The notes beneath the pieces were generated by a model. That model worked only from the letters and a program-made list of their open reading frames with translations. It was not told the origin of the DNA and made no database searches. A stretch of 62,607 nucleotides of DNA, counting the filler, from Polymyxa betae A26-41 (Eukaryota > Protista > Endomyxa: Phytomyxea), in the NCBI GenBank assembly GCA_003693705.1. It is 7 parts of 7 records of this genome, joined end to end, with 100 filler letters (N's around TTAATTAATTAA, not from the genome) between each part and the next. Parts side by side here need not be neighbours in the genome. Positions count along the whole stretch, not along the records: positions 37,883 to 56,887 come from RBZT01000226.1; positions 56,988 to 62,607 come from RBZT01000590.1; 5 more parts are not named here. The stretch is one strand, 5' to 3'. The stretch's first letter is position 1. Every line of letters starts with the position of its first letter. Positions 47,552 through 59,938 of the stretch are shown in pieces. Position numbers and translations under genes: made by a program.

Positions 47552-50500
47552 ATGGTGATTGATGACAATGTGACGAGCCAAATAGAGATGTGCCTCATGT
47601 CCGAATCTCCGGAACAGTGTATAAGTGAGACATTGTTACATTCCATGTCTGAACAATGTACTGCTGCTGTAACGAAAGAGTTACATGTAACGGAACTGTT
47701 ACAAGATTTCAGTAAGTACTGTACAAGATCCGTGGAGTTTATCCATCTGGACTTTGATGATGATGTTTCATTGACTACAACGTTACTTGGTATACGTCGT
47801 TCAATGTGGGAATACTGGTCCATCCTGGATAGTCTACTTCATGGACGTTCATCTTCCCTAACTACTACGCTACTTATAGAATGCGGAGATATAATACTGA
47901 GATTGTCATCCGTACATCCTGCAGCTGTATTTAATGTTACTACTGCATCAATTATTATATCTATGTTACATGAACGTATTAATTCCGAGATCAGCACGTT
48001 ACAACGCCATTTCTTCCAACACGCTCTAGACATACAAGATAGTCAATTAGCGAGATTATTACCTCAACAATGTAGTACTGGATCTAGTCTATCGAGTACT
48101 TTATCTGAACTGATTATGGTACAGATAATGGCTTGTATGATGGTGATCACGGGGATGCTGTAACACCATCATGCTCGGTGTCTGCCGAAGTGCGGTCTTG
48201 TTGCATTTCACGTTTCAGTAACTGATACTGACTAATAGGACGATCATTCCAATTTCAACTGCGCATTTCATTCTGTGACTTCTCCTTGCGATCAGCCACG
48301 GATTTCGGATAACATTTTGTCTACAAAATCTGTCGATCATCCATCGGGCCATGCTGGCCCATTGCCCAGCCTGAAGACACAATGTGATGCTGAATCATCA
48401 ACAATAGGCTGTGATACCGCCTCAGCAATCCTATCAGAGCCAGATCTGAGTTCAGAGAGCCGCCTTCAGAAGAAGGGAAATGATCTCCGCACGGAGTTTG
48501 CAGGCCTTGACCAAATATCCGATCAGTGTGATTCTGCTACAGAAACCATACTGTCGGCGTCTCTGGATATGTCCGTTCTGACCACACCTGACACTAGCGA
48601 GCATTCGGAGGCCGCGCAACCGCTCGAAATTGACAACCTTGACCTAGAAACGTTGCAGAATCGGCCGCATTGGTCTAGTCCGCAACATGGTTCGGATATG
48701 ACCGTGTCCGTGTCATGCATGAGCTCAGTATCAACCCCCCCGGAAAAACCAACAGCCTCGATATTCCGCCGCAGGAATCCGAAAAAGCCGAAATTGGGTG
48801 GGATTGGCTGTTTTATGCTCATTGTCTTTTTAACATGCTGGCAGCTCGTTACATGGAACTTTCTGAAGTTTTAAAATCTCCTACAAGTACGGCGCACTCG
48901 GTCAACTATAATTTCTTTGTCATACTGACATGATATGATAGAGTCAAGTTGCGCATCCACCTTACAGAAACGTAGCCTTGTCTCAAGTAGGTTGTTTTTA
49001 TTATCAGAAAAATTTGAAGTCGAATTGACACTTTTTGCTGATTTCCGAGCCTTTCAATGGACTTGGTCTTTTGTATCTTTGTATTTCACGACCCTTATCG
49101 AACGTAACAGATCCAGACCTGGAGTCAACACCACCATCAACTCCGGAAAACTCGAAGTGCGGATCTATATCCTTGTCTAATGAATCTGTCGAAGAGGTAC
49201 CTGTAACAATAGAGGAGACAGACACCGAAATTGTCTCCATTGTTCCTGCTACAATGTCTGATGAGGAAGCCTCGGATTCCATCTTCGAAGTTTCTGCACC
49301 AAATTCTGATTTTGTATCAATGGCAGACACGGAGTCCGTCTGCGAAGATTCTGCACCAAATTCTGATATTGTATCAAAGGCAGACACGGAGTCCGTCTTC
49401 GAAGATTCTCCAGCAAATTCCGACATAGTATCAAAGGCAGGCACGGAGTCCGTCTGCGAAGTTTCTGCACCAAATTCCTCTGCAGCAAATTCCGACATAG
49501 TATCAAAGGCAGGCACGGAGTCCGTCTGCGAAGTTTCTGCACCAAATTCCTCTGCAGCAAATTCCGACATTGTATCAAAGGCAGGCACGGAGTCCGTCTG
49601 CGAAGTTTCTGCACCAAATTCTGATATTGTATCAAAGGCAGACACGGAGTCCGTCTTCGAAGATTCTGCAGCAAATTCCGACATAGTATCAAAGGCAGGC
49701 ACGGAGTCCGTCTGCGAAGTTTCTGCTGCAGATTCCGGTTTTGTATCAAAGGCAGACCCGGATTCCTTTTGCGAAGCTCTTGCAGCAAACTCCGGAAATA
49801 TTGCGGAGAGAGCCATGGAGTCAGTCTATACTGCTCCTGCTACTCAGCCAGATAATATTTCGGATCGAAGCACAGTAAATGACCTTACTGTATCAAATGC
49901 TGCATCTATCACTATAGCACACGTTTCTAGGTCTCGCAAGCAATTAAAAAAGAAGAACAGAAAACAAAGTGCGTTATGTTACGTATTACACATTGAGACT
50001 GTGCTAACATGATTTCATAGAACTGGGAGCGGAGACAGAATTCGTTACAAACGAGTGCACAACTGTATCAGTCATTCAACCTGATATTGTGAAGTCCTAC
50101 TCCGTACCCTCTAAAAAGCAAGAAACTCCTTCCTGTGCCGATATCACATCAAAGAGCTCTGACTCAGGTCCGTTATCTGACTTTTCATGATTTTCTGTTG
50201 TTTATTTCGATACATTTTTTTACTTTTTTTGTCGTCTGTCTCCTGGAACATTTTTTCTCAAGATTTCCACTCCAGTACTCTTCACATTTACTGTACTTAT
50301 TTTCTGTACCTCGATATTGAAAGTGTCCGTAGATCCGTTGAATACAAAGGAAACTCCGCCCCCTGCAACCATCGGAATGCTTCGCTTCGCGAACCGTTTT
50401 CAATTGCCGAACATTGTGCCATACAATGCGCTCTCATTCTATCAATTCGAAGAACAGCTCGATCTTTGCATCGTCGAACATTTCTCGAACAAATTCTGCA

Positions 50501-51639
50501 TGATGTTGTGTACGGATATTCTGGAACTTGCAGAAAAGTCCGTCCGAGCTCACAACGGTCTCAGTCCCATCTCCATTCTCCGCGAACATTCCAATGATCT
50601 CATCTCGACTGTGACCGAATTCCAACCAGATTTTGCTTACCAGCTTCAAGCCATGATGTACGACGTTGGGCTGGCCGCGGACCAGTACAACCTGAATCAA
50701 GTCGTTGCTGAGATGCGGAGCCTTTATTCGTTTCACCTCTCTAGGGACCAAGACCGACTGCGCTGTCTGTGGAAGCGAGTTCGAGATTTGCTGAAGACGC
50801 AATATGCGGAGTGCATGCGGCAGGTGAATGCCGTCTCGGAATCCGCTGCCCTTCCGGACTTAGGATTAGCCATCGCCATATTCGAACGAATGTATGGCGA
50901 TGAGAGGCTCAACAAGGAAATCGATTCTCGCGAGGAAATCATGAGCCAGGATTTAGAGAACGCATTGCATCATGTCCGGGGAATTCTGGCCCCGATACGC
51001 AACCCTGACCAAGTCATTTGTGCGGCACACTATTCGATGCGATTCAATCAGCATGATGTCGACCAGATTCAGCATTTGTTCCAAGTTTGTACGGAGTTTT
51101 CAGGTAACGTTCTTTTGAAGTTGCCTTTTGCCATTTTATTTCGATGGATTCGCTTAATGTTCTCGTTGCTGATTCGGCACTCAACAGATTCGTTCAATGA
51201 TAAGAAGCTGCGCCGCATTCTGCGGCCTCTCTCGGACTATAAACCCAAGAGAGCAGAACTGCTGCCGGCCCTCGAATATGGCCCAATTCATTACGCGATC
51301 TTTAAGGTCGCAACCGAAATCTGTAGATGCGTGCAGAATTTGCTGATTGCCTGGCTTGACGAATTCCCATTGAATCTGAAAGAGATGGTCCAACAGTCCG
51401 AGATTCCACATCCGAACTTGACCTCACTCCGGAATCATCATATGAAATCGATTGTATTGGCGAAGTTGGACATTACAGTGATCGGATTGATGCATCGTGT
51501 CCGAGTTGAGGTGGAGAAATTGCTCGAATTTCAATTGCGTCAATATCAACTGGATGTTACTCCAGCTTTATATTTCTCATTTCTCAGGGAATATATCAAA
51601 AATATTGTTGCTGTTGATGCTTACAAGTATATTGAATAA
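47552..51639 (+). CDS. Multi-exon hypothetical protein, paralog A2, with a tandem-repeat-expanded acidic linker (5' boundary uncertain)
   Basis: ORF blocks 47552-48163, 48275-48874, 49035-50012 and 50317-51639. RSRKQLKKKNRKQ motif. In-frame 84-nt intron 51104-51187 matches the A1 intron. Confidence 0.7.
49287..49830 (+). repeat. Coding minisatellite, about 9 units of 57 bp (19 aa, EVSAPNSDIVSKADTESVC), two of them 72 bp
   Basis: Directly visible tandem units. Confidence 0.95.
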
Positions 51640-51999
51640 ATTTCGCTTTTTTATCTGCAATCTCTATTTGGCTTTATTCTATGATGGCGGCTCAATCTGG
51701 GATTTCAAATGATCCGATCTGGCAACCTCAAGAAGTACGGCTGTGTTGGATTGTTATGACGTATTTGGTGTTTTTGGCATCTGTTATTCTGACTATAGTC
51801 TTGCAGTGTATACTAGAAGATTTGAGGGCAGCATTGTCGCATAAATCCCCTCTTAATGATTCAAGTTTTAAGAAAAAAGAACAATAATCCGGAGAGTGAT
51901 GAATGACTTCGACGAAGCATGCTTCCACTCGAACAAACAATTGAAATCGCACCACCCGACTATAATACTTCATTGGAGTATCGCTCGGCGAGACCCTCC

Positions 52000-52452
52000 T
52001 CTACATTCTGCTCGGCGATGTGAAGTGACTGCCTCTCCGGGTCGGAGCAATTATCCTATGAAGGAAACGTCACAGGTTCATAGATGGAGACGCAAGGCCT
52101 CCAGCCTGATGTAGATCCAATGCACGATGATAGAGTTTGCGCTGTGGGCATCCAGCTGTCATCCCTTTGGAATATTGGAAACCCCATTCGAAACAGCTCC
52201 CGAACCTCAGCAAAGTTGTCAAGGACATTCTTATCAATCAGTGGCGGCTGTAAGAACATTTAACTGTTGTCGAGAAGTGATCGGGCTTCGCAGACTCTCC
52301 TTGAAGCCAGAGACGCTCAGCTCATTAATGTTCGGCAAGTGCATTGAATAAATGAACAGTGAAACTGTAAAAGCTGCTTCCGTTCCTGTATTACAATTTT
52401 GTGTCTCGGTAGTAGGCCAGTACCCGACCCGAGACTACCGATCGGAGCCCTA
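52000..52452 (+). mobile_element. hAT 3' remnant related to 25508-26697
   Basis: RTFNCCREVIGLRRLSLKPETLSSLMF, followed by the same terminus CCGATCGGAGCCCTA. Confidence 0.75.
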
Positions 52453-54384
52453 GATAGTGGCGATATACAAAACCGGCGTTGCCCGAAGCATGTTTGGATT
52501 CAAGCTGCTATACTGTAAGCCGCATATAATGCTTCTGAAACCTAACTCATTGCAGAGCAGGCTCGACCCCCCATGTTTAGGTACACTCATAGACTTGACA
52601 GCCACACCATCAAGCTCTGCCTATCAAAAAGCATGTATTCGTTTTCCTACAACGTCAGCTATCTACTTGACAAAGCCACATTGGGTTTCTTGATCGCAAT
52701 TACCATTGCACATGAATTTGACGTTATTTTGTTCGATTGAAGGAAAACAAAATCCGCGTGCGATCCTGAAAGGATGTGCTGTTGAAGATGCTGGATACAT
52801 GATGGAGAAGTTCCTATTATATCCACTCAACTTACATGGGGCCGGCCTTACTCTCTTTGGAACGATTGCCGACGCAAATTGCGAATGGTTTATCCCCGAT
52901 AAACGCCCGTGTTAGTTTCGTTTAGGTGTTAAATCGTTTCGATCGAATCACTGGAATTTGCATAAACTTGAATATGTACTTCGATGTTATATATAATTCG
53001 GGATCATTCAACCCATAGCATCGGCGGGTGTTGAGCAGTCACTATCTGCCCCAAGAAACTGGGCTGTTCGACATTCACCTGACCAACCAGTTGATACCGA
53101 GCTTGAACTATCTGAAAACATTGAAGTTATCGCATCCATGCCAGGAAACCTGGCGTTTGAATCTAAACGCCCCCATGCCGGAGACAACCTATTTATTGAC
53201 TGAATTCATCTCGATATTCCTGAAATAACCCCCCCTCAAATTCTAACGAACCAGGTTAGAGCTGTGACTGATTGTCAACAAACTGGCCTATACATTAGAC
53301 GATATTGATCACGGTGGATTTGGATAAGAAGGTTGACTGAAAGGTTCGCTCCAGACGATCTAACTGATTGAGTGAAATACGCTATATCCGATTCAAATGG
53401 TTTCAATGGTTGTTGAATTTTCCACATCATAACCTCACATTCACTACAATAATCGTCCTTACAAATCGAGCAATATAATTATCGCTCAGAATCCGAACCT
53501 GCGTCAGCGTCACAGGTTCTCGGTTCGGATTTTAACACAATAACCCCAAATATCGTGTTCATTCCTTTCATAAGTGTCGTTACATCGGCCCCATTTTATT
53601 GATTTTAACATATTCCTTAATATTTATCATTTTCATTGCAATATTTTGAATTTTCTTTAATTCAGAAGTACTGTAGTCAAATCTCCTTTTTTCGGGATGA
53701 AGATGATGAATTCGGCAACTACTGTGTCGTGCCACACGACATCTCAATCCTCAACCCTAAACCTTAGAGCTAAGAGCCCTAGCTGGCGCAGTTGGAGAGG
53801 CGCAGCCTCTCAAAACCGATGAAGAAGCTATTCTGGCGCAACCCGCTTGAAAGGCCGCTCCAGCCAAGACAGCTGCTACGCTCCGCACGCGACCGCCGGC
53901 ATCATAATGAGACCCATCAGTGGGAGGTATCACGCGCCAACCAACTTCAACACTCCCGCCCGAACTCCCAATGCTGGAATCGGAACGAAGCCACTTCCTT
54001 TAATTTTTTCAAGAGTGTACGGATATGCAGATGATAGAAGGTATGATGAATTTGAATGTGAAAAGATTTTTTTTCGGACATCTCTATTTTCTTCTGTGTA
54101 CCTAATATGAAATTGATTTAGCATTCAGATATTTTCATACTTCGAAAAAAACACATTTCGAAACTTAATGTATTCAGAATGAATCATATCAATACCAGAC
54201 AGCTGCAACGATCAAATGCTCCGTCTGTTCTGTCTGATTACAGATTACGGAGATTTGAGCCCGCTGACTTCAGAAGATGTGAACTTGATTGGTTAAAACA
54301 AAATATTTTATAAACATAATTTGCCAGTTTGGCTGATAAGTTATACTATTAAGCACAATTGCTATAGGCCATGGACAATACCAT

Positions 54385-55011
54385 CTAGAAATTCTTAAGA
54401 ATGGTATCAACCTGTTCCCTCTCTTTCCGCATTTTTACAACCCATTCAGAAACATAGGGACCTTGAGCAGTCCTTTCCAGATAATCCAAGAACCATGCAT
54501 GTTGCTCATCCCATATCTGCATCCTTTCCAACACATATGCAGCATGACGTCTCTGTACATCCGTGACTATACTGGACCAATATCGATGAACTTCTCGAAG
54601 ATAATCGGATTTGGCCTTTTGGGCAATCACTTGCTCTGCGTTGGTAGTTTCTGTAAACTGGAACTTGGAATACATCTGTTCGTAAATTTCCAGGTTCTCA
54701 CGATTAAATTGTGAAGAGAGTGTGCGCGCTGCATTCATCAACAGCTGTCCGGGTTTCGGCTGCGGAGCTGTCGGCTCAAGATCGGCTTGATTTTCAAGAT
54801 CTGCTTGTTTTTCAACAAGAGCGGGCTCATGTTGGGATTGTTTTTTTGGGAGAATATTGCCACAGAAGTAATAGGCAGTGCCAATTGCAGCGACGACCAG
54901 AATGGCCACCACGAATAGGACAGCAAAAGGGCGACGCTTTCGTTCCGGTTCTTCGAACAGATCGATAACGGGCCTGTCTTTTACGGCGCCCGGGATTTCA
55001 ATCGACTCCAT
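54385..55011 (-). CDS. Hypothetical single-pass membrane protein (208 aa)
   Basis: ATG-initiated ORF with KRRP followed by hydrophobic FAVLFVVAILVVAAIGTAYYF, and a short QADLE duplication. Confidence 0.65.
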   Translation of the reverse strand: MESIEIPGAVKDRPVIDLFEEPERKRRPFAVLFVVAILVVAAIGTAYYFCGNILPKKQSQHEPALVEKQADLENQADLEPTAPQPKPGQLLMNAARTLSSQFNRENLEIYEQMYSKFQFTETTNAEQVIAQKAKSDYLREVHRYWSSIVTDVQRRHAAYVLERMQIWDEQHAWFLDYLERTAQGPYVSEWVVKMRKEREQVDTILKNF

Positions 55012-56887
55012 CGGTAATCGACACTTTAACAGAATAGAACGAATCGAGCGCCAACAAGAAGATATTTATGCGATCACTGGGCGGGGCCTCCCCATAATGA
55101 TAAAGGGGTGGCGCGGCCTCCTTCTATAGTTCACTACTCGTCTTGTTGTATCTCTGCGATCTAGAATCGTCCAGATCTGTCTGCTGGAAGGAATAGCCGG
55201 CTTGAGGAGCGGCTTTATGGCAGGTGACCCAGTGCCAAAATGAACCTGAAAGCTTCCGGGGTCGTTTATATGCAGATATCGCAGCCCGGTTGAACCTCGG
55301 CATTCCGTCTTTGAGAGAATCCTGGAAAGGATGTTCGAGGTGGATAGCACAATCTGAATACTTCTGCAATTTCTCGATCAAATTTTCTCGATGCAGTATT
55401 TTCTCTTTTTCTGCGTCGCAGCGGCTGAACGGTTCCTCGGCTGCGAAAATATTGGAGCTATGACTGAGGAATTCTCTGAAAGATGAACCTCGACAATCGC
55501 ACCTGGTTCATGCTGTTTGATAATTCCCTTTGCAGAACAATATTCTCATTCGGGTCAAATATTTTAGCTGGAATTATCTGCATTATTCGAATCTGAGATA
55601 TTTCAAATTTTCCCATTCTTGACAAGCCCACGAATCCGTGCTATCAACGCTAAATAGAAACTAATACTCAATTTAGCAGATTTGCAATCTCATATAAAAC
55701 CTATAAAATACACGAGTTTGTCAGTTATCTGCTACTTCACTTCTGATGCTGTTTGGGATTTATGGAGGATCCGATGATGACTGATTCATTTCCCGCAATA
55801 AAACGTAGACCAGCTTCCAGAAGAATCAGTGCCGAATAATCGTTAAATATCGTTGAGCGATAGCTTTTGATGAAGAATCTCGGTCTCTCGGGTTCGAATT
55901 TGCTGGTGAGCAATGATGGTGACCAACGCCAGCACACGGAGCATGGACCGACGACCTTAATTATGCTTGGTTAATAATTCAATCTGCGAAAGCAGCACAC
56001 CGAATCGAAAAAATGATTGTTACCAAAAAATGTCAAGACAAATCAAACATGGAAATAAGCTCGGGAAAGAGCCGCCATGATAAATTAGAGAACCTGTGAG
56101 ATGAATTTAGAATCCGTGACCGCGATGGTCGTCAGCGCCGACGCCCAGAAGACCTCATGGTAAGACCAACGGGCAGGCATTAGAAAATGATGATCGGGAG
56201 TATCCTGGCGGAAGGCAGCTGGCTGCAAACAATGACAATCCTAACGACAAGGCGCGCAGCAATTGTCGCCTGCACCAGTGAAGACATTCGAGTACGACCA
56301 GCACAGGATTTGACCGCGAATGGCCGCAGCGCTGGATAGATCGGCAGTAGCAATGAAATGAGAGGGGCATCCGGAGCTCGTCCGCTTGTACAGCGGTCTT
56401 CAGGCAGAACAATGATTCAAAGGACCTCAGGAGCGCTCAAGCAGTTTCATACTGCAAAGCTCCCAAAGGGCTGCGCTAGGGTTCCGATCACACAGATTCA
56501 GCCGTTTCCATACCTGATCTATTGACTATTTCTATATCGCATTCAAAGCACATGAACTGGTCGAAGAGAACACTCTTGAAGCCTTTTAACGAGTCATTAA
56601 AAAAGGTTGCGAAATATGCTTTCTAGAGATTGAATTTGTATTGATCAAATGGTCTGAAATTGCTATCTCAGTCTACAGATTGGCTGAAGATAGAGCGCGA
56701 CATTGTCCAGTATGTCCAGGACAGAAATTCTTTTGAAATTGATAATGATCTATTTGATCTCCAAATATTTGAGAGAAATAATTGACATTATTACAATGAT
56801 GTTCAAGACAGTATAATATTGGATTTACAGAATCTCGGAGATATTCACTCAGATCAGGTGATTCATATTAGAGACCGAGCTGAGCTC

Positions 56888-56987
56888 NNNNNNNNNNNNN
56901 NNNNNNNNNNNNNNNNNNNNNNNNNNNNNNNTTAATTAATTAANNNNNNNNNNNNNNNNNNNNNNNNNNNNNNNNNNNNNNNNNNNN
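56888..56987. other. Artificial contig spacer
   Basis: 44 N + TTAATTAATTAA + 44 N. Confidence 0.98.
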
Positions 56988-57043
56988 ACACATTCTTTTA
57001 GGTAAAGCAAAGCAAAACAGTGATTAACAGCTAATTATAAGAC

Positions 57044-57682
57044 GTGTTAATAGTTGCTTACGTTTCCGGACTGTGGAATCCTTGCAACATGATGATCGGC
57101 AATTCTCAGAACGAAACTCAAAGTCTTCAGCGGCGCCGCGAAGATATCGTCCCATTTGACAGGATCGCCAAGAGCTATCTAGCAAATATTTCAGCGAACA
57201 TGACATTAGCGCACGAAATCATGGACAAACCAGAATTGCATAACGAGCGAGCATTTGAAGTTATCAAAGAGTGTGAAAACAGATCGCAGCAGGATCGGCT
57301 AATGTTGACTTCGCTACTGAATCGGTCTGATCCGATCCAGTCAATACCTGAATTTAACGAGCAAGATATAGAATTCTTTGGCCAGAGAGCTGCTTACCAA
57401 GCGCAGATATGTGCTCCATGGACAAATAACAGCAGAGACCAAGAGCGCAGGCAGATCAAAGAAGTAGATGAAAGCCAGACATCCTATAATCAGGTCAGAG
57501 GAGGGTTGCCAGTTTGCACAACTTGCACTTTAAATGGAAACAATGTCGTGACGGGACATATTGCCAGCTCTGCCCGCTGTCCATACCATGTTCCTGTCAA
57601 CCCTAACCGTCAGCACTCGCGCTCTGCCGCTGAGATGAACGCGATGCAGGCCGCGGTGGAATCAGCAATATTTGCAGTGTAA
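57044..57682 (+). CDS. 3' exon or ORF with a zinc-knuckle-like motif, probably transposon-derived
   Basis: CTTC..GH.ASSARCP near the C-terminus. Confidence 0.4.
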   Translation: MLIVAYVSGLWNPCNMMIGNSQNETQSLQRRREDIVPFDRIAKSYLANISANMTLAHEIMDKPELHNERAFEVIKECENRSQQDRLMLTSLLNRSDPIQSIPEFNEQDIEFFGQRAAYQAQICAPWTNNSRDQERRQIKEVDESQTSYNQVRGGLPVCTTCTLNGNNVVTGHIASSARCPYHVPVNPNRQHSRSAAEMNAMQAAVESAIFAV

Positions 57683-57799
57683 CTATGATACAAGATTAAA
57701 CATATTATAATAATAACTGTGAGGCGCAGTTATTATTTTTTCGCAGTTTTGGAATTTGTGCGCTCGGCGCTTCGCTGGATTTAGCTAGACGCCATACAG

Positions 57800-58640
57800 T
57801 GGGCAAAGAGTTGATAACCCGCATCTGCAACATTCATTTTGTCATTCGGAAGCTTATGCGTAGTCGTCTGTCCGAATTCCGATCGATTATAGACACCTCT
57901 ATCGTTTTCAGATCCCGGCCGCAAGCAATAATCTCGAATACGCATTCGGTAATCAACGACACTCTGTGCGTTGATAGCAGGATAACCCTTTCTACCGTAC
58001 CACCCTTGATAATGTGCAGGTCGTTCAATCGCGAGAAGGGTGCATCAACAGCTCGGCATGTGTCGGAAAATCCACAAATTTCTTCGAAACCTTTCGACAG
58101 ATCCTCCCATTCATTGAGCGCTTCAGGCCAGCGAATAATGCAAGCGAACAAAGTTACGCCCCTGACAATTAACACGCGGATAACTTGATCAATGTTGCTG
58201 ACGCTTTGTTCATCCCAAAAACTCCAGCAGAGTCAACCACTGATCCTGAATGCGTTAAATAATGAAAACAAACTGCGACACGATCACGATGGAAGAACCG
58301 AGCGCTATGACCGATCACAGAATTGACTGTATCCCAAGCGACTGTGATGTATCCGACAATTTTATCAGAAGACGACTTGTTTCAACGGAACTGATTTCGA
58401 AACCATCCTTCGTCGAAAGATACTTTTGCATCGGCTATTGGAAATTGTGAGTCGCAAATCGAACATTCAACCGATGCAGGTCGTCTGGACGAGCGACCAT
58501 GCCAAGAAATGTTAGACACCGCCAGGACAGCCGTAATGTCGTAGTGAGACAGCTGGTCAATGTCATTTTGACAGCAGCGCCCAAAGCGCCGATCAAAGCC
58601 GCCAATTCTTGGTCCGATAGGTTCATGATTGGCCACAAAA
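57800..58640 (-). pseudogene. PIF/Harbinger transposase remnant (copy 2)
   Basis: WFRNQFR, DRVAV..YL.HSG, EW..L..GF...GF..C.AVD, and YCRKGYPAINAQ..VD..PGS.ND in shifted frames. Confidence 0.7.
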
Positions 58641-58689
58641 TGCCGTTATTTTTGGGCAGCAACATCCCAGCCAATGTTCTCATCCAGGG

Positions 58690-59900
58690 CTTCTTTTAAT
58701 TCAACTGTCATATCCAGTCGTCGTCGTTGCAGATTGTCAGCATTGCTGCGCTGCCGAAAAGATGAGGAGATCTATCACGTGATGATTCAAACGTCTTCAT
58801 GAATATTTTCCACTTTTGTTTGAGACCTCCAATGCCCCATTCAACGCGAACGCGGCACCCCGCATGCCTAACGTTGAAAGCATCAATCACATCTACGTTG
58901 CCGTCTTCAGGGATCTCTCTGCGCAATATTCGCCGCGTTATAAACGTCTTCTCTCCCACGTAACCAGGATCGCCAAATAGGTATTCAAAATAATCATCGC
59001 GGTGAGTGAAGTATCGTCGTCAGTTCTTGTGAAGATCCGACTGCCTATAACAGTTTACATCATGAAATGGTCCTGGATATATAGTGTCAATGTAAATAAA
59101 TTAACCACGATGATCAAGCACCACCGTATTTTTTAAACAATACATGTACTTTCACACATTATACCAAGGTCTATCACTCTCAACATTGGAGGGACGCCTG
59201 ATGGGTATAAGCGTGTCGTCGGTAGACCCTACACAGCCGTTGAAACCAGGAATTACTTGAGCGGAAATAGAACGCTCCGATTCAGAAGGCTGCATTGATA
59301 CAGGAAGAGGCAAACAAGATGTCATCGCTTGTTGACGATTTCGCCCAGCTCCAGGTAAAAGCGTTCATTCGCACTGGGTGATCGTGCTTCAAATACAGCA
59401 CAAACAGCAACAGACGTTGCTGAGGTGAGAGTTTCGGCTGCCTTCCAAAGACTGAGCGCTGCTGTCCTGTTGAGCGAGCTATTGTTGCAAGGATGGGACA
59501 GACTCGACTTGAGAGTTCCTCGAATTCTGCAGAAAAGTTGGTAATTATTCGGAAATAGGAAGGAGTACGCTCCAGCAGAACTACCTGATTACGAACGCCA
59601 TCTTCGGGATCGACGAAATTCTGATCTTCGTTCAACAACTCGTCATTTGTGAATAGGTTGCAAGAACTTGAAGCTGCCATACAAGCTGAGGAGATGGCTA
59701 GTAGAGATCGTCTTCAAAAAGCTGATCCATCAAACGGTTAGAGTCGCTTTTTTCGTAGCCCAAGAAGATATCCAGTTTAAGAATATATCGTTTTATTCGG
59801 CGCTTTTATGTGTAACTGGTTGCTTTCAAAGATATTTGCAAAGATCTTTGACAGATACGAACAGCTGCAAGGTTCTTCCAGAGACAGACAGTTGAGGGTT
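58690..59900 (-). pseudogene. PIF/Harbinger DDE transposase remnant (copy 1)
   Basis: KLSPQQRLLLFVLYLKH, FNGCVGSTDDTLIPIRRP, PGPFHDV, YLFGDPGY, FN..HA..RVRVEWGIGGLK.KW. Confidence 0.85.
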
Positions 59901-59938
59901 AAAGTTCACTCACATTTGCGGACACCTTTAAAGTTTTA

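Noticed and set aside
49287-49830. CRISPR-like array, or minus-strand genes 49004-49816 and 49249-49788
   Set aside because: No unique spacers. Units are multiples of 3 within the plus-strand frame that is homologous to paralog A1.
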